From a virus (taxonomy: Duplodnaviria; Caudoviricetes), in the IMG/VR virus record IMGVR_UViG_3300026522_000022, positions 66,611 to 130,610 of that record: a stretch of 64,000 bases of DNA; one strand, 5' to 3'. Made by a program: the position numbers and the translations under genes. Within the stretch, counting starts at the first letter, position 1, and every line of letters starts with the position of its first letter. Below the pieces are notes generated by a model. That model did not search any database, was not told the origin of the DNA, and saw only the letters and a list, made by a program, of their open reading frames with translations. Positions 43,973 through 52,742 of this stretch are shown piece by piece.

Positions 43973-44704
43973 ATGAAACGAATAGCAGCATATACAGGAA
44001 CTAAAAATATTTATAGCGACATGGTTATGTCTGCTAAGTCACTAATTGCTAATAGCGCCGTAGATGAAGTGCATTTTTTTATTGAAGATGATACAATTGA
44101 GGAAGAAAACCTTCCTGATATGATTATTTGTCATAATGTAAGTAATCAAAAGTATTATGCGACAGACGGTCCAAATATGACTAGTCCGTTTTCATACATG
44201 GCTATGCTCCGCATTGCAATGTGTCATTATCTACCATATAAAACCGCTTTACTCTTGGATTGTGATACTGTTGTACTTAATGATGCGACTCCAATTTGAG
44301 ATATTGATCTAGAAGGATATTATTTCTCTTCTACTCCAGAGTTGCATCGTTCTATGTATGGAATTTTATATTGTAATTTTGGAGTTGTATATTATAATTT
44401 AGCAAAATTACGAGACGGCAAAGCTGATGAATGTATTAAAGTTTTAAATGAATGTAAATTTACTTGAGTTGAACAAGATGTTTGTAATTGTTTGTGTCAA
44501 GGTTACATCCATAAAATGCCAGCTAAATATAATGTAACTAATTTTACTTGTCGTAAACAACCTACTGATATGGTTATTAAACATTTTGCGGGACAGCCTA
44601 GAAAGAACTGGGTCCCACGCGCAAAATCTCAATTCTGGCGCAATATGAGTTGAGATGAAGTTATGCAAAGGCATGAAGAAATAGTTAAAAAACATAGCCA
44701 ATAA
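43973..44704 (+). CDS. Glycosyltransferase family 8 paralog 2 (three TGA=Trp)
   Basis: LLLDCDTVV, YCNFGVVYYNL, EQDVCN, KHFAG. Confidence 0.85.
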
Positions 44705-44727
44705 TTAATATTTTTTATATAAAATAT

Positions 44728-44802
44728 TGGAGTGTCGTCCAACGGCTAGGACACAGGTTTTTGGTGCCTGCTATTGGGGTTCAAATCCCTACACTCCAGC
44801 CA
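44728..44802 (+). tRNA. tRNA-Gln(TTG)
   Basis: caggt-TTTTGGT-gcctg; U1-A72; CCA. Confidence 0.88.
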
Positions 44803-44803
44803 T

Positions 44804-44879
44804 TTCTCCCTAGCTTAATTGGTAGAGTAATGGATTCTGGCTCCATTAGATCTTCGTTCGAATCGAAGGGGAGAAGCCA
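44804..44879 (+). tRNA. tRNA-Gln(CTG)
   Basis: atgga-TTCTGGC-tccat; CCA. Confidence 0.88.
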
Positions 44880-44968
44880 AAAATTTCTTATAGACAGAAC
44901 AAAAATTTTTGGGTATAATATAATTAAAGAAAGTTGAGAAATTTGAAAATTAAATGCAAACATTGCGG

Positions 44969-45043
44969 AGCGGGGTGGAGCAGTGGTAGCTCGTCGTGCT
45001 CATAACTCGAAGGTCGAGGGTCCGAATCCCTCCCCCGCCACCA
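44969..45043 (+). tRNA. Initiator-type tRNA-Met(CAT)
   Basis: Unpaired 1:72 (A/C), GCGGGG acceptor, CTCATAA loop, CCA. Confidence 0.85.
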
Positions 45044-45232
45044 ATTACCAAAAAAAATATGTTTAGCCAAAAGTTTTTTCTTGACTGAACAAAAAATTTT
45101 TGATATAATATTTATATAAGGTTGAGGAAAGAAATTAAAAATCTTTGTTCATCCAAAAAAATTCTTGACTGAACATAAAATAAATGATATAATATTTATG
45201 TAAGGTTGAGAGAGGAAAGAAATTTTCTTCTT

Positions 45233-46386
45233 GAGAGTATCTAATAAGAACCTAGTTCGACAGATACTTTCAAAAAGGGAATTTCGATTCCTGATACGAG
45301 ATTCCGCACATCTCGGAGCCAAAATGTGCGGCGGAAACGAAACCGTGAGAGCTTCGCCTAAGCCGTGATGGAGAAAGCGGTCGGTCTGCCACACGCCTGT
45401 CGCGTGTGGACGGTCATTCAAGAGACGGGTATCTTGAACGTATTGGCAAACACGTGATATTTGCTGGTTTTAACCATCTGTTACCAATAACAGAAGGCGC
45501 GGGCAAGCGCGAGCAACTTGTCTCGGGAATTGACTCTAGCCCGAATCCAAGTGGTGGCTCCGCAAAGGGTTATCGTCCTAAGTATGACATTAAACTGCTT
45601 CGAGATTTTTCTCGCATACGAGACTCGTTAAATAAGTGTATGCAAACCTTGCGTAGCGCGTCAAGTAAAGCTTCGGGCAACGTGTCATGGTCATAAACAC
45701 GTAAAAATGACGACCCCGGGCGCTTATAGGTTTGGCACCGGTTCAACGTGAAACCTAATATTGCTCTTTGATAAAGTCATATCAAAAACTATGTGAACCA
45801 TGTGTATGCGTAATACCATACGGTCATGGGTATTGAGTCAACAGAGTCGAAATCTATGGGATACTTTAGATGTAAACTTTGTGGTGGTAGGTAACCAAGC
45901 CACAGGAGCGGAGAAAGCCGAAAGGTGCCGCAACTAAAAACTCAATAGCGCCAATTAATTTTGCAGTCAAAAGGTAGTGTCTTGTCGCTTCCGCAATAGA
46001 CGCTCTCTGTGAGAGAAGAACCTAGAACACTCACTAACGGGTGGTGCCGAGTGAGAACTAAGCTAGGAATACCAATTAAGGAAGTTTCCAGTGCGGCTGT
46101 GGTAACACAGCTTATAAGACGAGTTCAACGTGCGAGTAGCCCAATCTGGAAAGATATATTCGATTATAGCCATTTAGAAATGGAAATCTAAATCATTATA
46201 GTCTGAATGGTGGGTGAAAGCTGTCGGGTAAGCAATCCCGCGATGGAACTGGCAATTATGCTGGGGCAAGAAGTTATAGGGTCGCTCCTTATAGCTCAGA
46301 CTTGTCTCCCATGTGACTGAATATTGATGCGAAGCTAAGAGGTAAGGCGAAGGTCTCTTATAGTTTTTGATATGGCTTTATCAAAG
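45233..46386 (+). ncRNA. Very large structured ncRNA region (one GOLLD-like RNA or two RNAs)
   Basis: About 1.15 kb, GC-richer, no credible ORF, behind tandem promoters. A 27-bp helix joins 45766-45792 to 46360-46386. Confidence 0.6.
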
Positions 46387-46467
46387 GTGAGCTGTCAAGA
46401 ATTACTTGACAGCTCTTTTTTTATATAGTATAATATTATTATAATCCAAAAGAAAGGAAGTGGAACT

Positions 46468-46632
46468 GTGGCAAAGAAGAAGAAGAATATTTATTGCGGA
46501 ACCATTACCGCAATGCAGATTTTTGATGCGCAGAAACCGCAGTTCAATGGTTTTGGATGCGGGCATGGTGCACACAAAAATAAGAAAGCTTATAATCGAA
46601 AGGATAAGGCTTGGCGCAATGACCTCTACTAA
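46468..46632 (+). CDS. Small basic protein (54 aa) with GAHKNKKAYNRK motif
   Basis: Promoter, AGAAAGGAAG SD and GTG start; missing from the ORF track. Confidence 0.6.
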   Translation: MAKKKKNIYCGTITAMQIFDAQKPQFNGFGCGHGAHKNKKAYNRKDKAWRNDLY

Positions 46633-46888
46633 TGAAATATTAGAGTTTATTCATAGACGTTTTCCGCACGATTGTAATTGATTAAATGGAAATTGTTTGT
46701 GGTTTGCTTTAATTTTAAAAAAACGATTTCCAAATGTAGAAATATTTTATCTTCCAATACAAGGACATTTTATCGTAAAATCAAATAATAAATATTTTGA
46801 TTGAACTGGTATAATAATTCCACAAGAAGAACCTTGGTCTGAAGATGATTTATTGTATAATTATCTTCTTCGAGATTGTTTTTATTAA
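46619..46888 (+). CDS. Hypothetical protein (two TGA=Trp)
   Basis: N-W-LNGNCLWFALIL..GHF..FD-W-TG. Confidence 0.6.
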
Positions 46889-46938
46889 ATAAAGAGGTAA
46901 TTATTATGGATGAAAACGAAATGGGGGATTGGTGATAT

Positions 46939-47985
46939 ATGAGGGGAATAGACGTTTCGAGTCATAATCAGTGGCCTTTTAACAACGTCACTGAAACGGC
47001 TTATCAGGCAAGCGATTTTCTGATAGCCAAAACGACACAGGGCACGGGTTATGTTAATCCATATGGGGATAGGGCTATTCAACGCGCTATAGCGGATGGT
47101 AAGCCCTTCGGCTTCTATCATTACGCGGGTGGAAACGACGCGGTTGCAGAAGCGAACTACTTCTACGAGCATTCCAAGAACTACTTCGGGCACGGGATAC
47201 CCGTGATAGATTGGGAGGGCTATCAGAACAGCGCATTCGGGAATGCGAGTTGGGTTAGGGCTTTCGTTGACCGTATCCACGGGCTAACGGGCGTTTGGTG
47301 CATGATCTATGTGAGTGCAAGCGCTATTCCACAGGTTGCCAATTGCGCGGATGATTGCGCGTTATGGGTTGCAGGCTATCCGGTCAACGCGGCATCTTGG
47401 GACGTGCCCAGCTTCAAGTATTCAATAGAGCCTTGGACGGCTTACACTGTCTGGCAGTTCTCAAGCGCGGGCGGCGTGGATAGGAACGTTTCAAGCATTG
47501 ATAGCGCGGCTTGGCAGCGCATAGCGGCGGGCGATGGCGCGGCACAGCAGGTACAGCAACCTACGCAACAGCAACCAGAGCAACCCTATTACGCGGTTAG
47601 GCTTGCCAACGGACGTTGGCTAGCGATGATGCGCGGCTTGCAGGATACCGGCGGTTCCAACGACGATTACGCGGGCATGTTCGGCCAGCCTATAGGTTAC
47701 GTTGCCATCGGCGGCGTTGGGAAATACAGGGCTAGGAGCATCAAGCATGGTTGGTTACCTTACGTTTCAACATACAACCTAAACGACCTTAACAACGGTT
47801 GTGCGGGGGATGGTAGCGCGATAACCGGCTTGGAGATACCCAACAGCGGAATCAAGTATCAGGTACACATCTTAGGCGGCGGTTGGTTGCCTTGGATGAT
47901 AGGCAACATGGATACAGGCGGCTCGAGGGATTCTTTCGCGGGGAACGGCAAACAGATAGATGCTATCAGGATAGCAAGGGCATAG
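46939..47985 (+). CDS. GH25 lysozyme (endolysin) with C-terminal Trp-rich wall-binding repeats
   Basis: GIDVSSH, K.TQG.GY.NP, YHY, DWE, WQFSS, DRN; GC-rich. Confidence 0.9.
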   Translation: MRGIDVSSHNQWPFNNVTETAYQASDFLIAKTTQGTGYVNPYGDRAIQRAIADGKPFGFYHYAGGNDAVAEANYFYEHSKNYFGHGIPVIDWEGYQNSAFGNASWVRAFVDRIHGLTGVWCMIYVSASAIPQVANCADDCALWVAGYPVNAASWDVPSFKYSIEPWTAYTVWQFSSAGGVDRNVSSIDSAAWQRIAAGDGAAQQVQQPTQQQPEQPYYAVRLANGRWLAMMRGLQDTGGSNDDYAGMFGQPIGYVAIGGVGKYRARSIKHGWLPYVSTYNLNDLNNGCAGDGSAITGLEIPNSGIKYQVHILGGGWLPWMIGNMDTGGSRDSFAGNGKQIDAIRIARA

Positions 47986-47997
47986 GAGGTTAAGAGA

Positions 47998-48309
47998 ATG
48001 GCATACGATGATAAGAGCAAGTTCGATTTCAGCGAAACGTCATTTTGCCTATCACAAAATACTCCTTATAAAAAGAAAGCAAAAAAGAAAAAGAATAAAA
48101 AATCAGACCATAAACACGAATATTATAATTGTATTTTAGAAGATGGCAGACACGCATATAAGGCTAATTATTGTATTAAATGCGGTCATATATATACAAT
48201 ATACTTTTTTTTAAATCCTGATGATAAAGATTTAAAAATTTTACCTAAATTTAGAGTTAATGATATTTGGAAAATTTGGAAAGATAAAAATATTCCTTTG
48301 CAAGAATAA
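47998..48309 (+). CDS. Hypothetical protein
   Basis: KKSDHKHEY..CIKCG. Confidence 0.6.
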   Translation: MAYDDKSKFDFSETSFCLSQNTPYKKKAKKKKNKKSDHKHEYYNCILEDGRHAYKANYCIKCGHIYTIYFFLNPDDKDLKILPKFRVNDIWKIWKDKNIPLQE

Positions 48310-48349
48310 AAAATAAATGATATAATAATATTATCGAAAGGGAGAAATA

Positions 48350-48553
48350 ATGTCTTTGTGGAATGAGCTAAAAGAATATGTAGTAGCTGATGAAATAATT
48401 AATGGTGAACTTAGTCATTATTATACAATTCGAGTCAAGACAGATGTTTCTCCTAATAGATTTAAAATTGTTGCATCTTTTAATAGTTATGAAGAAGCTC
48501 ATAATTTTGTTAAAGGACTGCGACTTTTAAAGCAATACAGGAGTGTGGTGTAA
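48350..48553 (+). CDS. Hypothetical protein; its 3' end overlaps the tRNA-Trp 5' end
   Basis: SD and ATG; the stop codon lies in the tRNA D arm. Confidence 0.5.
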   Translation: MSLWNELKEYVVADEIINGELSHYYTIRVKTDVSPNRFKIVASFNSYEEAHNFVKGLRLLKQYRSVV

Positions 48554-48826
48554 CGGTAGCACAGCGGTCTTTAAATATGGAGCTTTTAATTGGAAACAAT
48601 TAAAGTGCAGCGGATGATATCGGTGAACCCTGTAAAATGGCAACACCGAGGGAAGATAAGTTCACCCGTAGAGACTAGATAATCCGCCACCTAAGTCATT
48701 TGATAAGGTGAAGATATAGCCCAGACCACAAACCGCAAGGGTAGTGAAAACTATAGTGGTAAGCAAAACCGTCAACGATGGCCTCCAAACCCATCGGCGG
48801 GGGTTCGAATCCCTCCACTCCTGCCA
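48539..48826 (+). tRNA. Opal-suppressor tRNA-Trp(TCA) split by a group I intron; exons 48539-48571 and 48764-48826
   Basis: Splicing gives gcggt-CTTCAAA-accgt. Acceptor AGGAGTG/CACTCCT with G73 is Trp-type; 7/5 fold; CCA end. Confidence 0.85.
48572..48763 (+). mobile_element. Minimal group I intron (192 nt) at anticodon position 34/35
   Basis: Core homologous to the tRNA-Lys intron; P1 CUUUA/UGGAG with U34-G; terminal G. Confidence 0.88.
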
Positions 48827-48859
48827 AGTTAATTACTCCGCATAGGATGGATAATATAT

Positions 48860-49063
48860 ATGTGTAGAAGATTTAATCGCAATAATTTTGCAAGAATTAT
48901 TCGAGAAATTGAATATATGGAAGATAAAAATGAAAATATTTGGGTTCCAATAGGTATTCTTGAATATATGTATGAAGATGATAATATGGAAATTGATAAA
49001 TATTTTCATTGTTCTAAAGATAAACGTAATTTAGATCTTCTTATGAATGAAATTATTTTTTAA
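48860..49063 (+). CDS. Hypothetical protein
   Basis: Short ORF between tRNA genes. Confidence 0.45.
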   Translation: MCRRFNRNNFARIIREIEYMEDKNENIWVPIGILEYMYEDDNMEIDKYFHCSKDKRNLDLLMNEIIF

Positions 49064-49138
49064 GAATCGGTGGCCGAGTAGCTTAGGTGACGGTTTGCAA
49101 AACCGTTTACGTGGGTGCAATTCCCACCCGATTCTCCA
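49064..49138 (+). tRNA. tRNA-Cys(GCA)
   Basis: acggt-TTGCAAA-accgt; U73; CCA. Confidence 0.88.
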
Positions 49139-49139
49139 T

Positions 49140-49229
49140 AGAGGGTTAACCAGTCGAGGATTGGCACGGTCTGCTAAACCGTTGGTACTATTTTCATAGT
49201 ATGGGTGGCGGGAACCCAGCCCTCTGCCA
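49140..49229 (+). tRNA. tRNA-Ser(GCT)
   Basis: acggt-CTGCTAA-accgt; long arm; atypical T loop; GCCA end. Confidence 0.78.
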
Positions 49230-49230
49230 C

Positions 49231-49317
49231 GGAGCATTAACTGGAGCGGCCTCCAGTCCTGCCTCGAAAGCAGTGAGTACCGAAAGGTATGGCGATCGAC
49301 ACGTCAATGCTCCGCCA
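49231..49317 (+). tRNA. tRNA-Ser(CGA)
   Basis: ctgc-CTCGAAA-gcag; long arm tacc-gaaa-ggta; GCCA end. Confidence 0.8.
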
Positions 49318-49414
49318 AACAATCTAAGGGCAGATAAGCAAAAAATAACGCTTGTCTGCCCTCTTTTTTTATGTTATAATATATATAGAAAGGGGAAAGA
49401 AAGGAGAAAATATT

Positions 49415-49648
49415 ATGGCGAATACTGTTTTGGAATTTCATGTTCCCGCACAGATTGATGATATTGAAATGCATAATTGGCATTTTGAGTTTTTGTTTGA
49501 CGATGGTACACATGATTATTACTCCAATTATGGAACTGCACGTGAAATGATTAATTGGGTAACTGATGACATGGAGTATCGTAATTTTATTATGCGGACG
49601 CATATTTGGGTAGACTGTCAGTGGTGGGGCGAAGTGGAGCGTCGATAA
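49415..49648 (+). CDS. Hypothetical protein
   Basis: Promoter and AAGGAG SD. Confidence 0.6.
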   Translation: MANTVLEFHVPAQIDDIEMHNWHFEFLFDDGTHDYYSNYGTAREMINWVTDDMEYRNFIMRTHIWVDCQWWGEVERR

Positions 49649-49917
49649 TGTCTCACAGTTATCGTCATCATTATGTTTTTAAAACTGCAAGCGACAAGTC
49701 TATGAAAAAGATTTTCAATCGTAGACTTCGTCGCTCACAGCGTTGTTGTAATATTCCTAACGGTAATGCTTATAAGAAATACAATAATAGCTGGGACATT
49801 GCCGATTATACTTATCATTATAATGATTATAATGATTTTTGGGAATCCCAAAAAGATTATATCACTTACGAAGAAGCAAAGAAGCGTTGGGCTAAATGGT
49901 TTAAGGGTGGAAAGTAG
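49648..49917 (+). CDS. Small basic phage protein (NRRLRR..NGNAYKK..SWDI.DY)
   Basis: TAATG translational coupling to the previous gene. Confidence 0.6.
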   Translation: MSHSYRHHYVFKTASDKSMKKIFNRRLRRSQRCCNIPNGNAYKKYNNSWDIADYTYHYNDYNDFWESQKDYITYEEAKKRWAKWFKGGK

Positions 49918-49923
49918 ATTTTT

Positions 49924-50622
49924 ATGGCTAAAACCCCAAATATATATTTCAGTTCTGATTGGCATTTTGACCATAAAGATATTATAAATTTTGAGCGTAA
50001 TCATTTTGCTTCTGTCCAAGAGCATAATGATTACCTCATTAATATGATTAAAGAATGGGCAAAAAAATGGACGCCTGGTTCTACTCTTTGGTTTCTGGGT
50101 GATTTCGGGAATCTCGATTTTCTTTGGGTTTTCGATATGCTTATGGAACGAGGAATTGCGGTTAATTTTATGCTTGGAAACCACGACAAGCAAGAAGATA
50201 TTTCTAAAATTGAAATGTATGTTTCCAAGGTATATGAATATCCCGTATACCTTTCTCAAAAACTAGTAATCAGTCACTATCCAGTTGCCGTATATGAAGA
50301 TAGTATCAATGTGTGCGGGCACCTGCATGGGTCTAAACTTCAAGACCCAAATCATATAATTGCATCTGTACATGTTGCCAACTATAAACCTATTAGTATG
50401 CAAAATATTAACGGTAGTTTCGGGAAACTGCCTCGATTTAATCGACGTTTTCTTTATGAACCTTTTGCAGCAGATTATCAGTTTACCCAACCTAAAGATG
50501 ATGTTATTATGGATAAGGACGGCCGCATTGACCTTTCTGCAAGTAGACTATACATGAAAATACAAAGAGAAAAAGATGAAGATACTCTTTATAGACCATA
50601 TGTAGGTGGGCTAGATGATTAA
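49924..50622 (+). CDS. Metallophosphoesterase
   Basis: SDWHFDH, LGD, GNHD, SHYP, GHLH. Confidence 0.88.
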   Translation: MAKTPNIYFSSDWHFDHKDIINFERNHFASVQEHNDYLINMIKEWAKKWTPGSTLWFLGDFGNLDFLWVFDMLMERGIAVNFMLGNHDKQEDISKIEMYVSKVYEYPVYLSQKLVISHYPVAVYEDSINVCGHLHGSKLQDPNHIIASVHVANYKPISMQNINGSFGKLPRFNRRFLYEPFAADYQFTQPKDDVIMDKDGRIDLSASRLYMKIQREKDEDTLYRPYVGGLDD

Positions 50623-50770
50623 GTGATTTAAAAGAAAAAGAAAAAATATATATCATTATTATTGCAAATATTGTGATATATTTTTTGATACATATAAGGA
50701 TTGAGACTACAAATGTCCTGGCTGCGGCCGCAGAGGATCATTTTGAAGTGTAAAGGAAAGAGATAAGTAA
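50615..50770 (+). CDS. Small Zn-ribbon protein (three TGA=Trp)
   Basis: CKYC..CPGCG; fills the gap exactly. Confidence 0.5.
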
Positions 50771-50971
50771 ATGATTACTTCCTATTCTTTTGGACAAGAC
50801 TATAATGGAAATAATCGAAATGTTGCAGATAAATATAAAGAATGGGTAAATGCAGAGATTAGAGCAGATCTCCAGAAGAATAGAAGCGAATGTGTTCAGA
50901 TGCAGCGTCTTGACGGGACTGGGTTTATGGAAGTGGAGCGTTTTAATAATTTCTGGGGCGATTTTTATTAA
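50771..50971 (+). pseudogene. Truncated N-terminal copy of the SpoU/TrmH methyltransferase
   Basis: MITSYSFG..RNVADKYKEW..EIRADL..NRS aligns with the start of the gene at 52039. Confidence 0.7.
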
Positions 50972-51017
50972 ATCTATCCCATGATTTTTATATATTATAG
51001 GATAGAAAGGAAATAAA

Positions 51018-52049
51018 ATGCCAAAAAGAAAAGAATATAAATATTTAGAACCTGTGGGAAATAAAGGAGTTCTTTTTATATCAGATTATTATGAAGATGG
51101 AACTCCTATTGAACCATGAGTTTATATAAATAAAAATGGAAAAACACAAAATTTTAGACGAGCAAGATTTCGTTGTCCCATATGTCATAAAGATTTTATT
51201 AGTAAAATTAATCAAGTAAATAGTGGTAATAAAATTTATTGTAGTTCAGAATGTTCCGGAAAAGCAACTACTTTAAGACAAAATGAGCATTTTGAAATAG
51301 GAGATTATGTTGATAAAAATAAACTTTTTATTTATTTAGGAGAAGCAGGTAAAAATTCTAGTAATAGACGAAAAATAAAAGTTTTAAAGCAAGAAACAAA
51401 TGAAATTTTTGAAGCAACTGTTAATAATATAAAAGCTGGAAATACAACTAGAGGGCCAAAAGAATTAAAAGAATTTCGTCAGCAATTAGTTAAATCACCT
51501 AAACTACAGCAGGCTAGAATAAACAGTAATACTTTATATCATGTTGGAGATATTCTAGGTCCAGATAATAATATTTTATTTCAAAAAGAAATTGAAAGAA
51601 CTAATCCAGAACATCGTAGAGGTAAATTTTTAAATTTATGAAATAATATTGAATTTGAGGCTAATTTATCCAATGTTATTAGAGGAGATGCTACTGGAAA
51701 TAAAATTTCTAAGGGAGAATTAAAATTATATAAAATATTATCTGATTGATGTGATGATCTTGAAATTCAAAAGAGTTTTAATGATTTAAAAAATCCTCAA
51801 ACCAATTGCTTATTATATTTTGATGCATATTCTTATAATTTAAATTGTGTTTTTGAATATGACGGAGAGCAACATTTTAAAGCTATTGATAATTGAGGAG
51901 GAGAAGAAGGATTAAAGCAACGTCAATATTTAGATAATTTAAAAAATGAATATTGTAAACAACATAATATTAAAATAATTAGAATTCCTTATACAGATTA
52001 TAATATTTTATCTATAGATTATTTAAAGGAAAAAATTAATGATAACTAA
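51018..52049 (+). CDS. Free-standing endonuclease, Vsr/DUF559-like C-terminus (about four TGA=Trp; absent from the ORF track)
   Basis: CPIC, SKGE, EYDGEQHF..W(TGA)GG..LDNLKNEYC..IIRIPY. Confidence 0.75.
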
Positions 52050-52611
52050 ATATTCTTATGGAGAACATTGTCAAGATTTAGCCAAGAGAAATGTATTAGA
52101 TAAATATAAAACATGGTTAGATGAAGAAATTAGAGCTGATTTAGAGTTAAATCGTTCTCCAATGGTTAATATATTTGTAAATTTACAAGGCGAGTATAAT
52201 AAAGCTTCCGCGATTCGGTCTCACAATGCTTTTCTAGGTAAAGAAGTGTACATTGTAGGTCGTCGCAGATATGACGTGCGGGGAGCTGTTGGAACAAATC
52301 ATTATGAAACTATTTATCATGCAGATGATTTGCGAGAAGTAGTAGACAAACTTCATGGGGAGGGGTATACTATTTTCGCAGTTGATAATATTGAGAAATA
52401 TAATCCTGAAAATATTTTTGATGTTCAATTTCCTATTAAATCTGCTTTTCTTTATGGAGAAGAAGGCGATGGACTCTCTAAACGCAGTATTCAAATGTGT
52501 GATAGAATGATTTATATTCAACAATATGGGTCAGTGAGGAGTTTAAACGTAGCAAGCGCCGCGAGTATTATTATGTATGAATATACTAAGCAGTATAATA
52601 AAAGAAATTAA
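52039..52611 (+). CDS. SpoU/TrmH-family RNA 2'-O-methyltransferase
   Basis: N.ASAIRS, GEEGDGLS, IQQYGSVRSLNVASAASI. Confidence 0.88.
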   Translation: MITKYSYGEHCQDLAKRNVLDKYKTWLDEEIRADLELNRSPMVNIFVNLQGEYNKASAIRSHNAFLGKEVYIVGRRRYDVRGAVGTNHYETIYHADDLREVVDKLHGEGYTIFAVDNIEKYNPENIFDVQFPIKSAFLYGEEGDGLSKRSIQMCDRMIYIQQYGSVRSLNVASAASIIMYEYTKQYNKRN

Positions 52612-52742
52612 AATTACAAACACTATATAATTTATAATTAATAGGCTAGCAATAAAATAATTATTGTCAGCTTTTTTGCTTTATGTTATAATATAATTAA
52701 AGAAAAGGAAAAAATACCCCTATCATATTTTAAGGAGTAAAA

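Noticed and set aside
41662-46191. Track ORFs over the RNA regions (e.g. 41662-41943, 42253-42543, 45149-45421, 45406-45696, 46009-46191)
   Set aside because: They lack SD sites, have atypical composition and overlap tRNA or structured RNA.
48539-48826. tRNA-Sec reading of the UCA, long-arm tRNA
   Set aside because: It has a 7-bp acceptor, 5-bp T stem and 4-bp D stem rather than the bacterial Sec 8/5 fold with a 6-bp D stem. The TGA codons align with Trp, not Cys.
2493-52049. Mass pseudogenisation as the cause of the fragmented ORFs
   Set aside because: Nearly all breaks are in-frame TGA at Trp positions or clean intron boundaries.
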